Shown piece after piece: positions 1 through 9,760 of a stretch of 64,000 nt of DNA (positions are counted from its first letter, which is position 1; the number at the start of each line of letters is the position of its first letter). A model generated the notes under the pieces. It saw only the letters and a list, made by a program, of their open reading frames with translations, had not been told where the DNA came from and made no database searches. Both the position numbers and the translations under genes were made by a program. The DNA lies in assembly GCA_028716385.1 (NCBI GenBank), contig JAQUPX010000001.1:282775-346774 (forward strand), given 5' to 3'. This DNA is from a bacterium (GTDB lineage Bacteria > Hydrothermota > UBA3073 > JACQXS01 > JAQTXJ01).

Positions 1-552
1 GTCTCAGGAGAAACAGGCGGCGGATTTATTATTGTAGGGATGACATCCTCTTTCGGGATAGGAACTCCCGGTTGTCCTAATGTCTATCTAATCAGGATAA
101 ATTTTTCAGGTGATACTTTATGGACAAGGGCTTATGGCGGGACTGATTTTGATGGGAGCACTTCAGTTCAGCAGACTTCCGACGGCGGGTTTGTTATTGC
201 AGGATGTACATTGCATCCCGGGACACTCAACCAAGATGTCTATCTTATCAAGATTAAACCAGAACCGGGTATAGAAGAAAAATCAAAAATCAAATCACCG
301 CCAGGGCGGGATGTCGCTACGCTCCAAATCCTAAAAGGAAAGATTTGTTTATCCGTTCCGAATAACGAATATACTAATACACTAATAACGATTTATGATT
401 TAACAGGTAGACTTCAAAGCACTGTCTATTCAGGTACATTAACTAAAGGTAATTACATATTCACACCTAACATTCACAAGAGTGGGGTATATTTTGTAAA
501 ACTAACTAATGACAATATTAAACTAACACGGAAATTAGTTCTAATAAAATAA
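1..552 (+). CDS. T9SS-secreted repeat protein, 3' fragment (start lies upstream of window), with Por/T9SS C-terminal sorting tail
   Basis: Frame open from nt 1 to TAA at 550-552; repeat units (GGFxIxG...DxYLIK...GDTLWT) like CDS 44209-45618; last ~80 aa match the tail shared by 17 other proteins here (KIxLSVP...IYDLxGRL...GxYxFTPNIxKSGVYFVxL...KLVLIK). Confidence 0.6.
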   Translation, partial: VSGETGGGFIIVGMTSSFGIGTPGCPNVYLIRINFSGDTLWTRAYGGTDFDGSTSVQQTSDGGFVIAGCTLHPGTLNQDVYLIKIKPEPGIEEKSKIKSPPGRDVATLQILKGKICLSVPNNEYTNTLITIYDLTGRLQSTVYSGTLTKGNYIFTPNIHKSGVYFVKLTNDNIKLTRKLVLIK

Positions 553-559
553 AAGAAAT

Positions 560-1642
560 ATGAAAGAACTTGCTCTCTTATTTTTTATTACTTTAAATTC
601 TACAAACAACGGCATTGCTAAGACTTATCAAAACTCTGAAGCAAATGGGAAATATATTGCAGGTATTCATTTTCCCGAAAACCGGTATAACAAAAAGTTC
701 TCGCTTCCTTCATTGGATACCGTTTACTCTTTCCCAACGCCGGGAACATGGCCGGGAGGCTTAGCCTGGGATGGAACACATTTTTGGCTTTCGGATAATG
801 ATGCACTCTATATTTATAAACTTACTGCTACCGGGGTTGTAGATACATTCTTCCCTGAACCTGCCTCAGCCGGAGGGCTTACCTGGGACGGTTCGCACAT
901 TTGGTACGTAAGCGAACAAGACGCCAAATTATTTAAACTTGACCCGTCAACCGGAGCAGTAATGTCAACTTTCAACCTGCCTGCCTTTGGTCAGTCTGAC
1001 CCTAACTCCTGGGGAATTGCATGGGATGGCACTTATTTCTGGCACAGCGAGTATAACGGAGCCTCCTCAATAATATATAAACTTGACTCCGGAAATGGAA
1101 ATGTCATATCTTCATTTACAGTGCCATATGGTTTTATATTGGGTATAGTCTGGTTAAATAATTATCTTTATGGAGTTGATTGTCATTCTTTTAAAATTTA
1201 CAAAATAGATACTAACAGTGGTTCTGTAGTAGATAGCGGCGATTGGCCACTCCCTTATGCTTTGGGCCTGGCACGGAAAGATTCTTGCTGGTGGGGCGTC
1301 AGTAGCAAAATCCCGAGCGGAAATCAACGAGTATATGAGTTATGCGGTGAACTTTCGGGAGTTGAAGAAAAAAACAATGAACACTTATCAATAATGAAAA
1401 ATTGTCCTAATCCATTAAATAAAAAAACAATCATAAGTTATTGCCTCGTTTCCGGAACAGCCGTATCGTTAAAAATTTATGATATAAACGGGAAAGTAGT
1501 CAGAACGCTAATAAACGAAGAAAAACAAGCCGGAAATTATAATGTTAACTTAGATGCTCAAAACTTACCTGCAGGTATCTACCTCGCCAGACTTAATGCC
1601 GGCGAATATAAACAAACAATAAAAATGATTGTTGTGAAATAA
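560..1642 (+). CDS. secreted repeat (WDG[TS][HY][FI]W) propeller-like protein with T9SS C-terminal tail
   Basis: 360-aa ORF; four spaced G(L/I)(A/T)WDGxxxW repeats; C-terminal LKIYDINGKVVRTL...GIYLARL...IVVK tail. Confidence 0.55.
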   Translation: MKELALLFFITLNSTNNGIAKTYQNSEANGKYIAGIHFPENRYNKKFSLPSLDTVYSFPTPGTWPGGLAWDGTHFWLSDNDALYIYKLTATGVVDTFFPEPASAGGLTWDGSHIWYVSEQDAKLFKLDPSTGAVMSTFNLPAFGQSDPNSWGIAWDGTYFWHSEYNGASSIIYKLDSGNGNVISSFTVPYGFILGIVWLNNYLYGVDCHSFKIYKIDTNSGSVVDSGDWPLPYALGLARKDSCWWGVSSKIPSGNQRVYELCGELSGVEEKNNEHLSIMKNCPNPLNKKTIISYCLVSGTAVSLKIYDINGKVVRTLINEEKQAGNYNVNLDAQNLPAGIYLARLNAGEYKQTIKMIVVK

Positions 1643-1770
1643 TTGGCAGACCATTTTATCTGCCAAAGTCATAAAAATCTAAAATGACACTTGACAATAT
1701 GAAGCATAGATTGCATATATAAGGTATAGGATAAAAAGAGTTTTAGCATAAACAAAAAATAGGGGGATAG

Positions 1771-3651
1771 ATGATAGGTATTATTTTTCTTTTGTTAAAC
1801 ATAAACGTAGAATGGCAAACTGATTGGGTAGGCGGGTCAGGAGTTGCCGGGCCTGTTTCGGATTGGGGAAATAAATTCTGGCAATCCGACAGCGTTACAT
1901 ACAACATACAGGGGCAGGTGTCTCCAAGGGCATCAGGCACACCGAATTACACTAACTGGACAAAGCGCACGATTGATACTGATGCGAACATAGCTTATAA
2001 TGCAATATGGCCTGCCGATTTTGATAATGATGGCGATATGGATTTGGCAGGCTGGAAAAGCGTTAGCGGGCAGCTTGTTTTTTATAGAAATAACAGTAAT
2101 ACTTTTACTCAGGCAACTACTATGACCGGTCCGGTGGGTAGTTACTGGTCGTTTATGTATGGCGCTGACCTTGATAACGATACTAAAACGGATGTTGTAG
2201 TATGTGGAGGGGAGACGGGAAAAGGAGTATATTGGTATAAAAATAATGGCGGGTTTAGTTTTACTAAAAATACGATTACTACGGATAGTTGTTGCTTCTT
2301 TGTGGAAGGAGCTGACATTGATAAAGATGGTTATATTGACCTGGGGATTACAAGAGCATTTGTCGGCGGAGTAGAGATTTGGCATAATAATAAGAACGGC
2401 ACGTTTTCGCTCTGGCAAACACTGAGCGGGCTTGATTCCTGGAGGATTAAACTTGGAGATTTGAACGGCGACAGTTACCCCGATGTTGTAATAGGGGATG
2501 GGTATACCATTCTCTCTTCGGAGATTAGTTATAAAATATTTTTTAATGACGGCACGGGTCATTTTAATGTTGCCGCCACGGTTGCAAATGGCGCAAGCAC
2601 TACTACTAACGATGGCCTGTGGATTAGGGACGTGAATAACGACGGCAAAAACGATATAATTACTGCGCTTATAGATAACTCGTCCGGGCCAACCAGTGTT
2701 GCAATATACTGGTTTGAGAATGATGGCACGGGCGTAAACTATACTCAACATACCGTATATCCCGGGGGAAACATTTTTTACGGGGATGGCGGTTTCGCGG
2801 AAGATATAGATATGGACGGCAAAGCGGATGTCCCGACAGGATGGACACATCTTTCCTGGTTCAGGCAAAATAACTCCGATAGCTGGACTGAATACGTAAT
2901 TGACCAGCCTACGGATTTGTACACTCACTGGATTGTGCCGTTTAAAACAGAGTGGGGGCAATGTTTCGAGAGCGCAAAAATTAACTTGCTCGTTTCCTGG
3001 AGAGGGGCTTCTACGGGGTCATTTGTGTGGTACGAGAATAACATAGTAAGCGGTTTTGTTGCAAGCGCATCGCTTCAATCCTCTATTTTACGCTCCTCCG
3101 AATGCGATACTACGACATGGTTGCAGTTTGGTTGGAAAACTTGCTGTCCCTTTGACAACGCTATAAGTTTTCAATTCCGCAGCGGCAAGGATTACAGCAG
3201 TATAACAAGCGCTTTATGGAGCACGCCTGTCGTAGTAACTGCGGCGACTTCCATTGATTCGGTTGACCTTTCCTCGTATGTGCAGAATGGTAGCGGAGAT
3301 TCGCTTTTCCAGTATAAGGTTGGTTTTGTAGGCGCAAGCGATGCGGGCATATTGGATAGTGTGTGGGTAACCTACCATTGTGGAATTGCCGGAGTCGCTG
3401 AGAACAAGACAATCGGGAAAGAAGGACTTTCCATATATGCGAATAAAATTCTTTACTCTTTGCCAAAGGATACCGAAGTAAGGCTTGCTTTGTATGATGT
3501 GTCCGGGAGATTGGCAAAATTGCTTGATGAGGGCAAAAAGTCTCAAGGGGACTATACGGCAAACATTCCAAAACTTTCGAACGGAATCTATCTTGTGGTA
3601 TTAAAAGCAGGAGAGAAAATATTCTCCAAAAAGATTACGGTTATAAAATAG
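1771..3651 (+). CDS. FG-GAP/VCBS-like repeat protein with T9SS C-terminal tail
   Basis: 626-aa ORF; recurring DxDxDGxxDL/V motifs (DFDNDGDMDL, DIDKDGYIDL, DVNNDGKNDI, DIDMDGKADV); C-terminal sorting tail; GGGGGA purine-rich site upstream of ATG. Confidence 0.6.
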   Translation: MIGIIFLLLNINVEWQTDWVGGSGVAGPVSDWGNKFWQSDSVTYNIQGQVSPRASGTPNYTNWTKRTIDTDANIAYNAIWPADFDNDGDMDLAGWKSVSGQLVFYRNNSNTFTQATTMTGPVGSYWSFMYGADLDNDTKTDVVVCGGETGKGVYWYKNNGGFSFTKNTITTDSCCFFVEGADIDKDGYIDLGITRAFVGGVEIWHNNKNGTFSLWQTLSGLDSWRIKLGDLNGDSYPDVVIGDGYTILSSEISYKIFFNDGTGHFNVAATVANGASTTTNDGLWIRDVNNDGKNDIITALIDNSSGPTSVAIYWFENDGTGVNYTQHTVYPGGNIFYGDGGFAEDIDMDGKADVPTGWTHLSWFRQNNSDSWTEYVIDQPTDLYTHWIVPFKTEWGQCFESAKINLLVSWRGASTGSFVWYENNIVSGFVASASLQSSILRSSECDTTTWLQFGWKTCCPFDNAISFQFRSGKDYSSITSALWSTPVVVTAATSIDSVDLSSYVQNGSGDSLFQYKVGFVGASDAGILDSVWVTYHCGIAGVAENKTIGKEGLSIYANKILYSLPKDTEVRLALYDVSGRLAKLLDEGKKSQGDYTANIPKLSNGIYLVVLKAGEKIFSKKITVIK

Positions 3652-3811
3652 AAATAGTCCATAACAAAAAAAGTAGTTCCATTTGCTCCTGCGGTAAATC
3701 TTTCTGTATCTGCGCTCCCTGTTAAATTTTCTGTTTGTTATTTGTGCTTTTGTGGCGATATCTTTTCCCCTTGACAATTCCTGACAACTAATTATATTAC
3801 TCACTGAAACT

Positions 3812-4426
3812 ATGAGAAAACTTTTTATACTTTTAATTTTTAGCGCGCAAATCGCATCCGCGGATTCTTCCTCTTTTTCTGTTGATTTCCCAATAACTAA
3901 TATCCTAATAACCAATAATGTGTGTGATTCTTTTTCTCCCATCGGACTTAAGCCAAGCAATCTCATACTGACAGATTTATATGGATGTAAGAGTAATTAT
4001 TTGTTCACGGCAGTAAACGATTCTCAAAAATCTGTTACCTCTGCCGAAGATAGAACGTGGGTCGTAACCGAGCCTTTCGGCGGATTTTTAGGTGGAGTTT
4101 TGGGTGGACTTGCAGGCGCTATAATTGTTGCCTTGGCAGTGCCGTATAGCTTAGACAGTAGTGATCCCACAGTAAGGAACGGATTTCTTTTTGGGTATGC
4201 GGCCGGATGTGGGCTTGGTATCTGGTCAGCAGGGAAATGGATAGAAAGAGAAAAAGGAAATTTGATATGGACAATTTTTGGTAGTATGGCAGGAGAATTC
4301 CTTGCTTATGCAAAACTTACTTATAACAATAATCATGATGATTACAGTACCGGTATTTATTTAGTCATACCTGTATTACCTATAATATCAGGAGTAATTG
4401 CTTATCGTATGAGTTTTAAAAAATGA
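3812..4426 (+). CDS. glycine-zipper membrane protein, tandem paralog 1 of 5
   Basis: 204 aa; N-terminal signal-like segment, IGLKPSxL motif, WVVTEPxGG, Gly-rich hydrophobic segments, GIWxxGKxIEREKG, ends YRMSFKK; stop overlaps next start (ATGA). Confidence 0.55.
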   Translation: MRKLFILLIFSAQIASADSSSFSVDFPITNILITNNVCDSFSPIGLKPSNLILTDLYGCKSNYLFTAVNDSQKSVTSAEDRTWVVTEPFGGFLGGVLGGLAGAIIVALAVPYSLDSSDPTVRNGFLFGYAAGCGLGIWSAGKWIEREKGNLIWTIFGSMAGEFLAYAKLTYNNNHDDYSTGIYLVIPVLPIISGVIAYRMSFKK

Positions 4427-5040
4427 AAAAACTTTTTATCGTCTTTGTAATTTCCGTCACAATCATATCCGCCGATTCCCCATCTTCTTCTTTTGATTCC
4501 CAATTACCTGATTACCACTTAATTACTACAAGTTACAATCAATTACCATCCGGTATCGGCTTAAAGCCCAGCGACTTAACGCTAACTGATGCTTACGAAT
4601 ACAATCGTGGCAAGGCATTCGCATCATTTGGGGGGGAAGGGTATTCTTACGACGAATCTAACGGTGATGAAGATAACTCGTGGAAAATAACCGAACCTTT
4701 GGGTGGCTTGGCAGGAGGATTAATAAGCGCGCTTTTAGTAGGCGGGGCAGTAGGACTTGCAACACGTTCCAGTGATGATTGGAGCGGATTGATTTTAGCG
4801 TACTATGGTGTATTTATAGTATATCCGATAGGCGTTGGAACCGGCATCTGGATGACAGGGAAATACAGGGAAAAAGAAAAAGGGAACTTGTTGTTATCAA
4901 TATTGGGCGCTGCCGTTGGAACGATTCCTGCCTTTTTCTACCCGCCGTTATTACTTGTAACCCCTATATTATCAGGATTAACCGTTTATCGATTGACCCT
5001 TGGAATAGGAAATCCAAATTGTTGTTTAGGTTTGAAGTAA
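4423..5040 (+). CDS. glycine-zipper membrane protein, tandem paralog 2 of 5
   Basis: 205 aa; shares IGLKPSDLTLTDAYEY, ITEPLGGLAGG, GIWMTGKYREKEKG, YRLTLG with neighbours. Confidence 0.55.
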   Translation: MKKLFIVFVISVTIISADSPSSSFDSQLPDYHLITTSYNQLPSGIGLKPSDLTLTDAYEYNRGKAFASFGGEGYSYDESNGDEDNSWKITEPLGGLAGGLISALLVGGAVGLATRSSDDWSGLILAYYGVFIVYPIGVGTGIWMTGKYREKEKGNLLLSILGAAVGTIPAFFYPPLLLVTPILSGLTVYRLTLGIGNPNCCLGLK

Positions 5041-5047
5041 ATAAAAT

Positions 5048-5734
5048 ATGCATAAAATTATACTCTTTATAATTTTATTAGCCAGTAATCTTGCATTCGC
5101 AGACTCTTCGTCTTTTTCTGTTGATTCCCAATTACCTGATTGCCACTTAATTACTACAAGTTACAATCAATTACCATCCGGTATCGGCTTAAAGCCCAGC
5201 GATTTAACACTAACTGACGCGTGGGAAAACAGTTTTTTATTTTCAGCGTCAGGAGAAGACGATTTCACAAAAGAGTCTGATAAGGGATGTTGTACGCTTG
5301 GAAGTTTCAGTTTTAAAAAACCGAAAAACTCATGGGTAGTAACTGAACCTTTAGGTGGAATTGCAGGAATAGTGACAGGTGGATTAGCAGGGGCAATAGC
5401 GGGACTTATTTGTATATCTCCATTTATATCACACGATGGGAGTGAAGACTTCTTTGGCTTGTTAAATATATTATTTGGGGGGTTTGCTGTTGGCGCAACA
5501 ATAGGCATCCCAACCGGTATATGGTTAACCGGGAAGCATATAGAAAAAGAAAAAGGTAGCTGGAAGTGGGCAATGTTAGGCAGTGCTGTAGGGACCGGAT
5601 GTGTTCTCCTTATAAACAAAATAAACAATTCCCAAGAAGACATCTCTTCTACACTAGTGTTTCTTCCCCAAGTGTCTATTTCTTTACCCTTCATATCAAG
5701 TTTAGTTTTTTATCGTTTAAGTTTAAAAAAATGA
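5048..5734 (+). CDS. glycine-zipper membrane protein, tandem paralog 3 of 5
   Basis: 228 aa; same motif set (IGLKPSDLTLTDAWE, WVVTEPLGGIAG, GIWLTGKHIEKEKG, YRLSLKK). Confidence 0.55.
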   Translation: MHKIILFIILLASNLAFADSSSFSVDSQLPDCHLITTSYNQLPSGIGLKPSDLTLTDAWENSFLFSASGEDDFTKESDKGCCTLGSFSFKKPKNSWVVTEPLGGIAGIVTGGLAGAIAGLICISPFISHDGSEDFFGLLNILFGGFAVGATIGIPTGIWLTGKHIEKEKGSWKWAMLGSAVGTGCVLLINKINNSQEDISSTLVFLPQVSISLPFISSLVFYRLSLKK

Positions 5735-5820
5735 AAAATAGAATATCACAAAACAAAAAGTCGCTGAGCTCGCAGAGGATAAAAAAGTCGGACCGGGATA
5801 GTTGGATTTTTCGATGCAAA

Positions 5821-6510
5821 ATGAAAAAACTTTTTATCGTCTTTGTAATTTTTAGCGCAAATATATTCGCGGATTCTACGAATAATCAAATAACCGGGGT
5901 AGAGATGGGAGCACGTGCTCCTATCTACCCGCTTTGCTTAACGCCTTCAATCGGTCTTAAGCCAAGCGATTTAACACTCACCGATGCGTATGAATACAAA
6001 CGTGGCAAGGCATTCGCATCATTTGGAGGGGAGTATTCTGCTGATGAATCTGAATTAAACTGTTGTTTAATCAGGTGTTGTACGTTCGGGAAAATAGATC
6101 CCAGGATAGAAAGAACAAGAAGCTCATGGATGATAACTGAGCTTTTGGGTGGGCTTTTGGGGGGAGGTGTCGGCGGCGGTATAGTTGGAATAGCAGCAGG
6201 AAGCGCGTTCGAAGAGGAGAACCAGTACAAAATGGTAGTTGGAGCAATTATTGGATACTCAATTGGATGTGGAATTGGCATTTGGACAGCAGGTAGCCTT
6301 ATAGAAAAAGAAAAAGGGGATTGTCTATGGGCAACGGTAGGGAGTATTGTTGGAGCAACTATTATCTATTTTAAATTTCAGCATGACTATTATCGCAGTG
6401 CTACAAATACAATGTATGATTTCTGTTTGATTCCCATATTGCCTCTAATATCGGGATTAACTCTTTATCGCTTGACTTTAGGGAAAAGCTCTTTTTTAGG
6501 AATAAAGTAA
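5821..6510 (+). CDS. glycine-zipper membrane protein, tandem paralog 4 of 5 (start chosen by paralog alignment)
   Basis: Track ORF 5566-6510 has a 5' extension overlapping paralog 3; in-frame ATG at 5821 gives MKKLFIVFVIF..., the same N-terminus as paralog 2; same motif set. Confidence 0.5.
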   Translation: MKKLFIVFVIFSANIFADSTNNQITGVEMGARAPIYPLCLTPSIGLKPSDLTLTDAYEYKRGKAFASFGGEYSADESELNCCLIRCCTFGKIDPRIERTRSSWMITELLGGLLGGGVGGGIVGIAAGSAFEEENQYKMVVGAIIGYSIGCGIGIWTAGSLIEKEKGDCLWATVGSIVGATIIYFKFQHDYYRSATNTMYDFCLIPILPLISGLTLYRLTLGKSSFLGIK

Positions 6511-6512
6511 AA

Positions 6513-7199
6513 ATGACTTACAAACTTAAAATCCTAATCGTTTCAATAATTATATTTTCAGGAACAAACACCTTTGCGGATTCTTCCTCTTTTTCTGTTA
6601 ATTCTCCAATAACTAATACCCAATTACCTAATACCCTAATAACTAATTCCGTCTGTAATTTTTCTCCTTCCATCGGTCTCAAAGCGAGCGACTTGGTGAT
6701 AGCTGATGCGTGGAAAGGGAATTACTTATTTTTAGCTGAGTCTTCCGAAGGAGAGAACCCTGTAATTAAAAATGATGAATATTTGGGATGTTGTTTGGGA
6801 GGATGTACGTTTGGCAAACTAAATCCCAGGATAAAAAAACCGAAAAATTCCTGGGTGATAACGGAACCGTTGGGTGGGATTGCGGGTGGCGCTTTCGGTA
6901 TGCTTATTTTTGGCGGACTAGGCGTGGTTATTACTGGTTTTGAGGGGTATGATGTTGTTGGACTTTACGGTTTAATATTTGGATATATAATCGGAAGTCC
7001 GTACGGTATTTGGGCAACGGGCAAACTTATTGAAAAGGAAAAAGGATCTTTAAATCGTACAATGTTGGGAGGAATGTTGGGAGGATTAGGTGCAATGATA
7101 ATTTGCAATTCGAACGTAGATGGAGTGATTAAAACCGGTTCAATACTTGCCCTTCCTTTCGCAGGCGGGTTAATCGGTTATCGTATGAGTTTGAAATAA
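6513..7199 (+). CDS. glycine-zipper membrane protein, tandem paralog 5 of 5
   Basis: 228 aa; IGLKASDL, WVITEPLGGIAGG, GIWATGKLIEKEKG, YRMSLK. Confidence 0.55.
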   Translation: MTYKLKILIVSIIIFSGTNTFADSSSFSVNSPITNTQLPNTLITNSVCNFSPSIGLKASDLVIADAWKGNYLFLAESSEGENPVIKNDEYLGCCLGGCTFGKLNPRIKKPKNSWVITEPLGGIAGGAFGMLIFGGLGVVITGFEGYDVVGLYGLIFGYIIGSPYGIWATGKLIEKEKGSLNRTMLGGMLGGLGAMIICNSNVDGVIKTGSILALPFAGGLIGYRMSLK

Positions 7200-7223
7200 T
7201 GAAAAATTGTTTTTATCAGGGTA

Positions 7224-7245
7224 GGCGAAAGCCCTCGCTTTCGCC
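7224..7245. other. GC-rich hairpin (GGCGAAAG-ccctcg-CTTTCGCC) after the paralog array; no T-run
   Basis: Perfect 8-bp inverted repeat read directly; a second hairpin CCGCCTCAGGCGG follows at about 7267-7283. Confidence 0.4.
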
Positions 7246-7316
7246 ATACTCAACAAATTCGAGCGAGTCCGCCTCAGGCGGATCGAACCTACCCATAAAT
7301 TAAAAAAGGAGAAAAA

Positions 7317-8081
7317 ATGAAAACTAAAATTCCGCTAATCTTTTTCGCCATCATTCTTTTGACGCCTTCTTTTGCGCAGGGCGTGGAAAGCTATTTTCAC
7401 GTTTGTCCCCTTTCGCTTGACAAAGGAACGTCCTCATTCACGAGTATGGATTTTATGGAACTCGGCTTCGGCGCAGGTCCCGTAGTTCTGGGAACCGAGT
7501 TTATCGGATACAAAGTAGTGCCGGGTGGACATCAATATAACATAGAAATGTTCCCGTTAAAAGCGTATCTTATTTTATCCGATACAAAAAGAATGAAACT
7601 ATACGGGTACTTAAATTACAGCCCTTTCGGCGAAGGCGGGTCCGGGTATGAATATGAACTTGAGCGCGGGGATATTTCCGGGTCGTCTTCAGTGCATTCA
7701 CTTTCGCTGGGGATAGGTGCCACTTTTTATCACAGTATGCGATTGTGCTTAGGGTATTACAATTCTGAAGGACCATACAATCTTCGTTCCGGCAATGTTT
7801 ATGCTTCATTAGGAGTGGGGCTTCCCGATTTTTATGGAAAATGGAACCCCGTAAAGGGCGAGAAAAGCGCTCTTGCAAGAATAGGTTTGCCTACATTAGG
7901 CGGAGCGCTGGCGAGTCCACTTATTGGATTTGCAGGAACTCTTGTTTTTGGCGTAATAAAGGGCACCGGGAAAACTGGCATATATTATGACCCGGATGCA
8001 ATTCTAATAGCACTTTTGGGAGTGCCTGTCGGAGCGGTTATAGGACTTGCTTCCGGAATATATTGGAGCACCTGCAAATAA
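7317..8081 (+). CDS. secreted/membrane hypothetical protein with C-terminal glycine-zipper segments
   Basis: 254 aa; AGGAG 8 nt upstream of ATG; N-terminal signal-like MKTKIPLIFFAIILLTPSFAQG; C-terminal GxxxG-rich hydrophobic stretches. Confidence 0.5.
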   Translation: MKTKIPLIFFAIILLTPSFAQGVESYFHVCPLSLDKGTSSFTSMDFMELGFGAGPVVLGTEFIGYKVVPGGHQYNIEMFPLKAYLILSDTKRMKLYGYLNYSPFGEGGSGYEYELERGDISGSSSVHSLSLGIGATFYHSMRLCLGYYNSEGPYNLRSGNVYASLGVGLPDFYGKWNPVKGEKSALARIGLPTLGGALASPLIGFAGTLVFGVIKGTGKTGIYYDPDAILIALLGVPVGAVIGLASGIYWSTCK

Positions 8082-8230
8082 TCCCTTCTTGAATTATCTT
8101 TTTTCTGTACTATTCCGTATCTATATGTGACTATAATTTTTCTGCTCTTTTTTTTTCTGTGTTGATATTCTATTTTTCTGTGTTATTCTGTGTATTTCCC
8201 TGCCTACCGGCAGACAGGCAAAATTCTTGC

Positions 8231-9073
8231 CTACTCAACGACCGTATTTACGCCTAAATACTTCAGATAAGAATTTATACGGTCTTTACGGGACGGCATT
8301 CTGTCTGCGAAATTCCCTTTAACGGCTCCTTTTGTAGGTGTGCCGACATAGAAATCCACGCCACGATTATTGCCTTCAGCCGTAATAAATCCTTTAATAT
8401 CGCCTGTCATATTTCCTGTTTGTCCGACTTGAGCTAATTTTCCGGAACAAGGAGCTATACCCAAATAAACATAATACCAGGTAGCTCCCGCGACATTAAA
8501 ATAAGATGCAGGTATTGTTAAACTATTGGAAACAGGATAAACTCGACGGTCTGGACAATTGCCAATAGGGCCAAGAGAGGAATCATTATATGCCGCTGCG
8601 TAATACCATACATCGTAATACTGAGCGTTTTGTGCAGCTGTCCAGGTACAGTTAACCTGTCCCAAAGCTAAAGTATCGTGATCCAGGGGAGCAGTGATTT
8701 TAATAGTGTCCGGGAAAGTAATACTTCCGCCGGAGTTGCCGAGATTAGAAGTAAGCTCAAGCGTATAGGTTGTTAAAGGAGTTAGCAATGTAGAATCCAT
8801 AAACGCTAAATATCCCGGAGCTATTCCTTCCTGCGGGAATACAATGCTGTTTGTGCCCCATTTAATTTTTACCTGTGACTGTGCCGTATCTGCGATTGGG
8901 TCAGAAAGAAATATAACCTGTGAGTAGCCTGTATACAAGAAACCAAGAATCATAGCCGCAGTATTCGTATCGTCTGTTGAACCTGTTGTAGTTGTTTTCT
9001 TGCAACCGGAGAAAACCGTAACTGCAACGACAAAAAGCGTAACTACCGAAAACTTTAAGTTTTTATTCTTCAT
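8231..9073 (-). CDS. putative lipoprotein
   Basis: 280 aa; N-terminal MKNKNLKFSVVTLFVVAVTVFSGCKK (signal peptide plus lipobox-like Cys); GGGGGAAAG upstream of ATG on minus strand. Confidence 0.5.
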   Translation of the reverse strand: MKNKNLKFSVVTLFVVAVTVFSGCKKTTTTGSTDDTNTAAMILGFLYTGYSQVIFLSDPIADTAQSQVKIKWGTNSIVFPQEGIAPGYLAFMDSTLLTPLTTYTLELTSNLGNSGGSITFPDTIKITAPLDHDTLALGQVNCTWTAAQNAQYYDVWYYAAAYNDSSLGPIGNCPDRRVYPVSNSLTIPASYFNVAGATWYYVYLGIAPCSGKLAQVGQTGNMTGDIKGFITAEGNNRGVDFYVGTPTKGAVKGNFADRMPSRKDRINSYLKYLGVNTVVE

Positions 9074-9322
9074 CTTTCCCCCTTAGTTGGACTTTGTTCC
9101 GTAAGGAACATTATAGTCAAGCTCTTTCCAGCTCCGCTGGATTAGAGATTGCTATCCCGCTAGCGGGAGACCAACTTATCCAGCTTTGCCGGATTATGAA
9201 ACATTTCTTAATTACATACCCACTATAAATTACTTAATAAAAGGATTAGTATGTTTTGTCAAGATTTAAGAGTTTAGCGTGTTCTCCCATTCCCGATAAT
9301 CCCCATTAGAATTAATAAACTA

Positions 9323-9351
9323 TTGACAAAGTAAGGTTTTCAGAGTATAAC
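9323..9351 (+). promoter_or_regulatory. sigma70-like promoter candidate (TTGACA-N17-TATAAC) for the two-component operon
   Basis: TTGACA at 9323-9328 and TATAAC at 9346-9351, about 25 nt upstream of ATG at 9377. Confidence 0.3.
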
Positions 9352-9376
9352 AAATTTATCAAAGCTATAGATAAAT

Positions 9377-9760
9377 ATGGAAAAGAAGATATTAATTGTG
9401 GATGATGATTTCCATCTTATTACTCTCCTGCGGTTCAATCTGGAGAAAGCAGGTTACTCTGTTTGGTCTGCAAAAGACGGCAGCCAGGCGTTGAACATAA
9501 TGAAAAAAGACAAAATGGACCTCATAATTGCCGATATGATGATGCCGGTGATGGACGGTTTGGAATTATGTCGACGGGTAAAAAGCGAACCTTTATGGAA
9601 ATCCTGTCCCGTAATAATGCTCACTGCCAGAGTTCAGCTTTCGGACAAGGAAAAAGGAAAAGAGGCGGGAGTTGATGATTATATTACAAAACCTTTTCAG
9701 ATGAAAGAATTGCTTGCTTCGGTAAAAAACAATCTGAAACTATATTCAGATAAAAAATGA
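9377..9760 (+). CDS. single-domain response regulator (CheY-like receiver)
   Basis: 127 aa; ILIVDDD...MDLIIADMMMP..DGLEL...PVIMLTA...KEAGVDDYITKPF matches the receiver-domain pattern (acidic pocket, phospho-acceptor Asp, conserved Thr and Lys positions). Confidence 0.85.
   Translation: MEKKILIVDDDFHLITLLRFNLEKAGYSVWSAKDGSQALNIMKKDKMDLIIADMMMPVMDGLELCRRVKSEPLWKSCPVIMLTARVQLSDKEKGKEAGVDDYITKPFQMKELLASVKNNLKLYSDKK

Noticed and set aside
1933-2961. Long antisense ORFs inside large genes (for example 1933-2961, 5167-5694, 14518-15222, 20686-21147, 59460-60005)
   Set aside because: Each is fully contained in a longer, motif-supported CDS on the opposite strand and has no recognisable motifs or start signals
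5566-5820. N-terminal 85-codon extension of the fourth membrane paralog (track ORF 5566-6510)
   Set aside because: The extension overlaps paralog 3 in another frame and has no counterpart in the other paralogs; ATG at 5821 reproduces the conserved MKKLFIVFVI start
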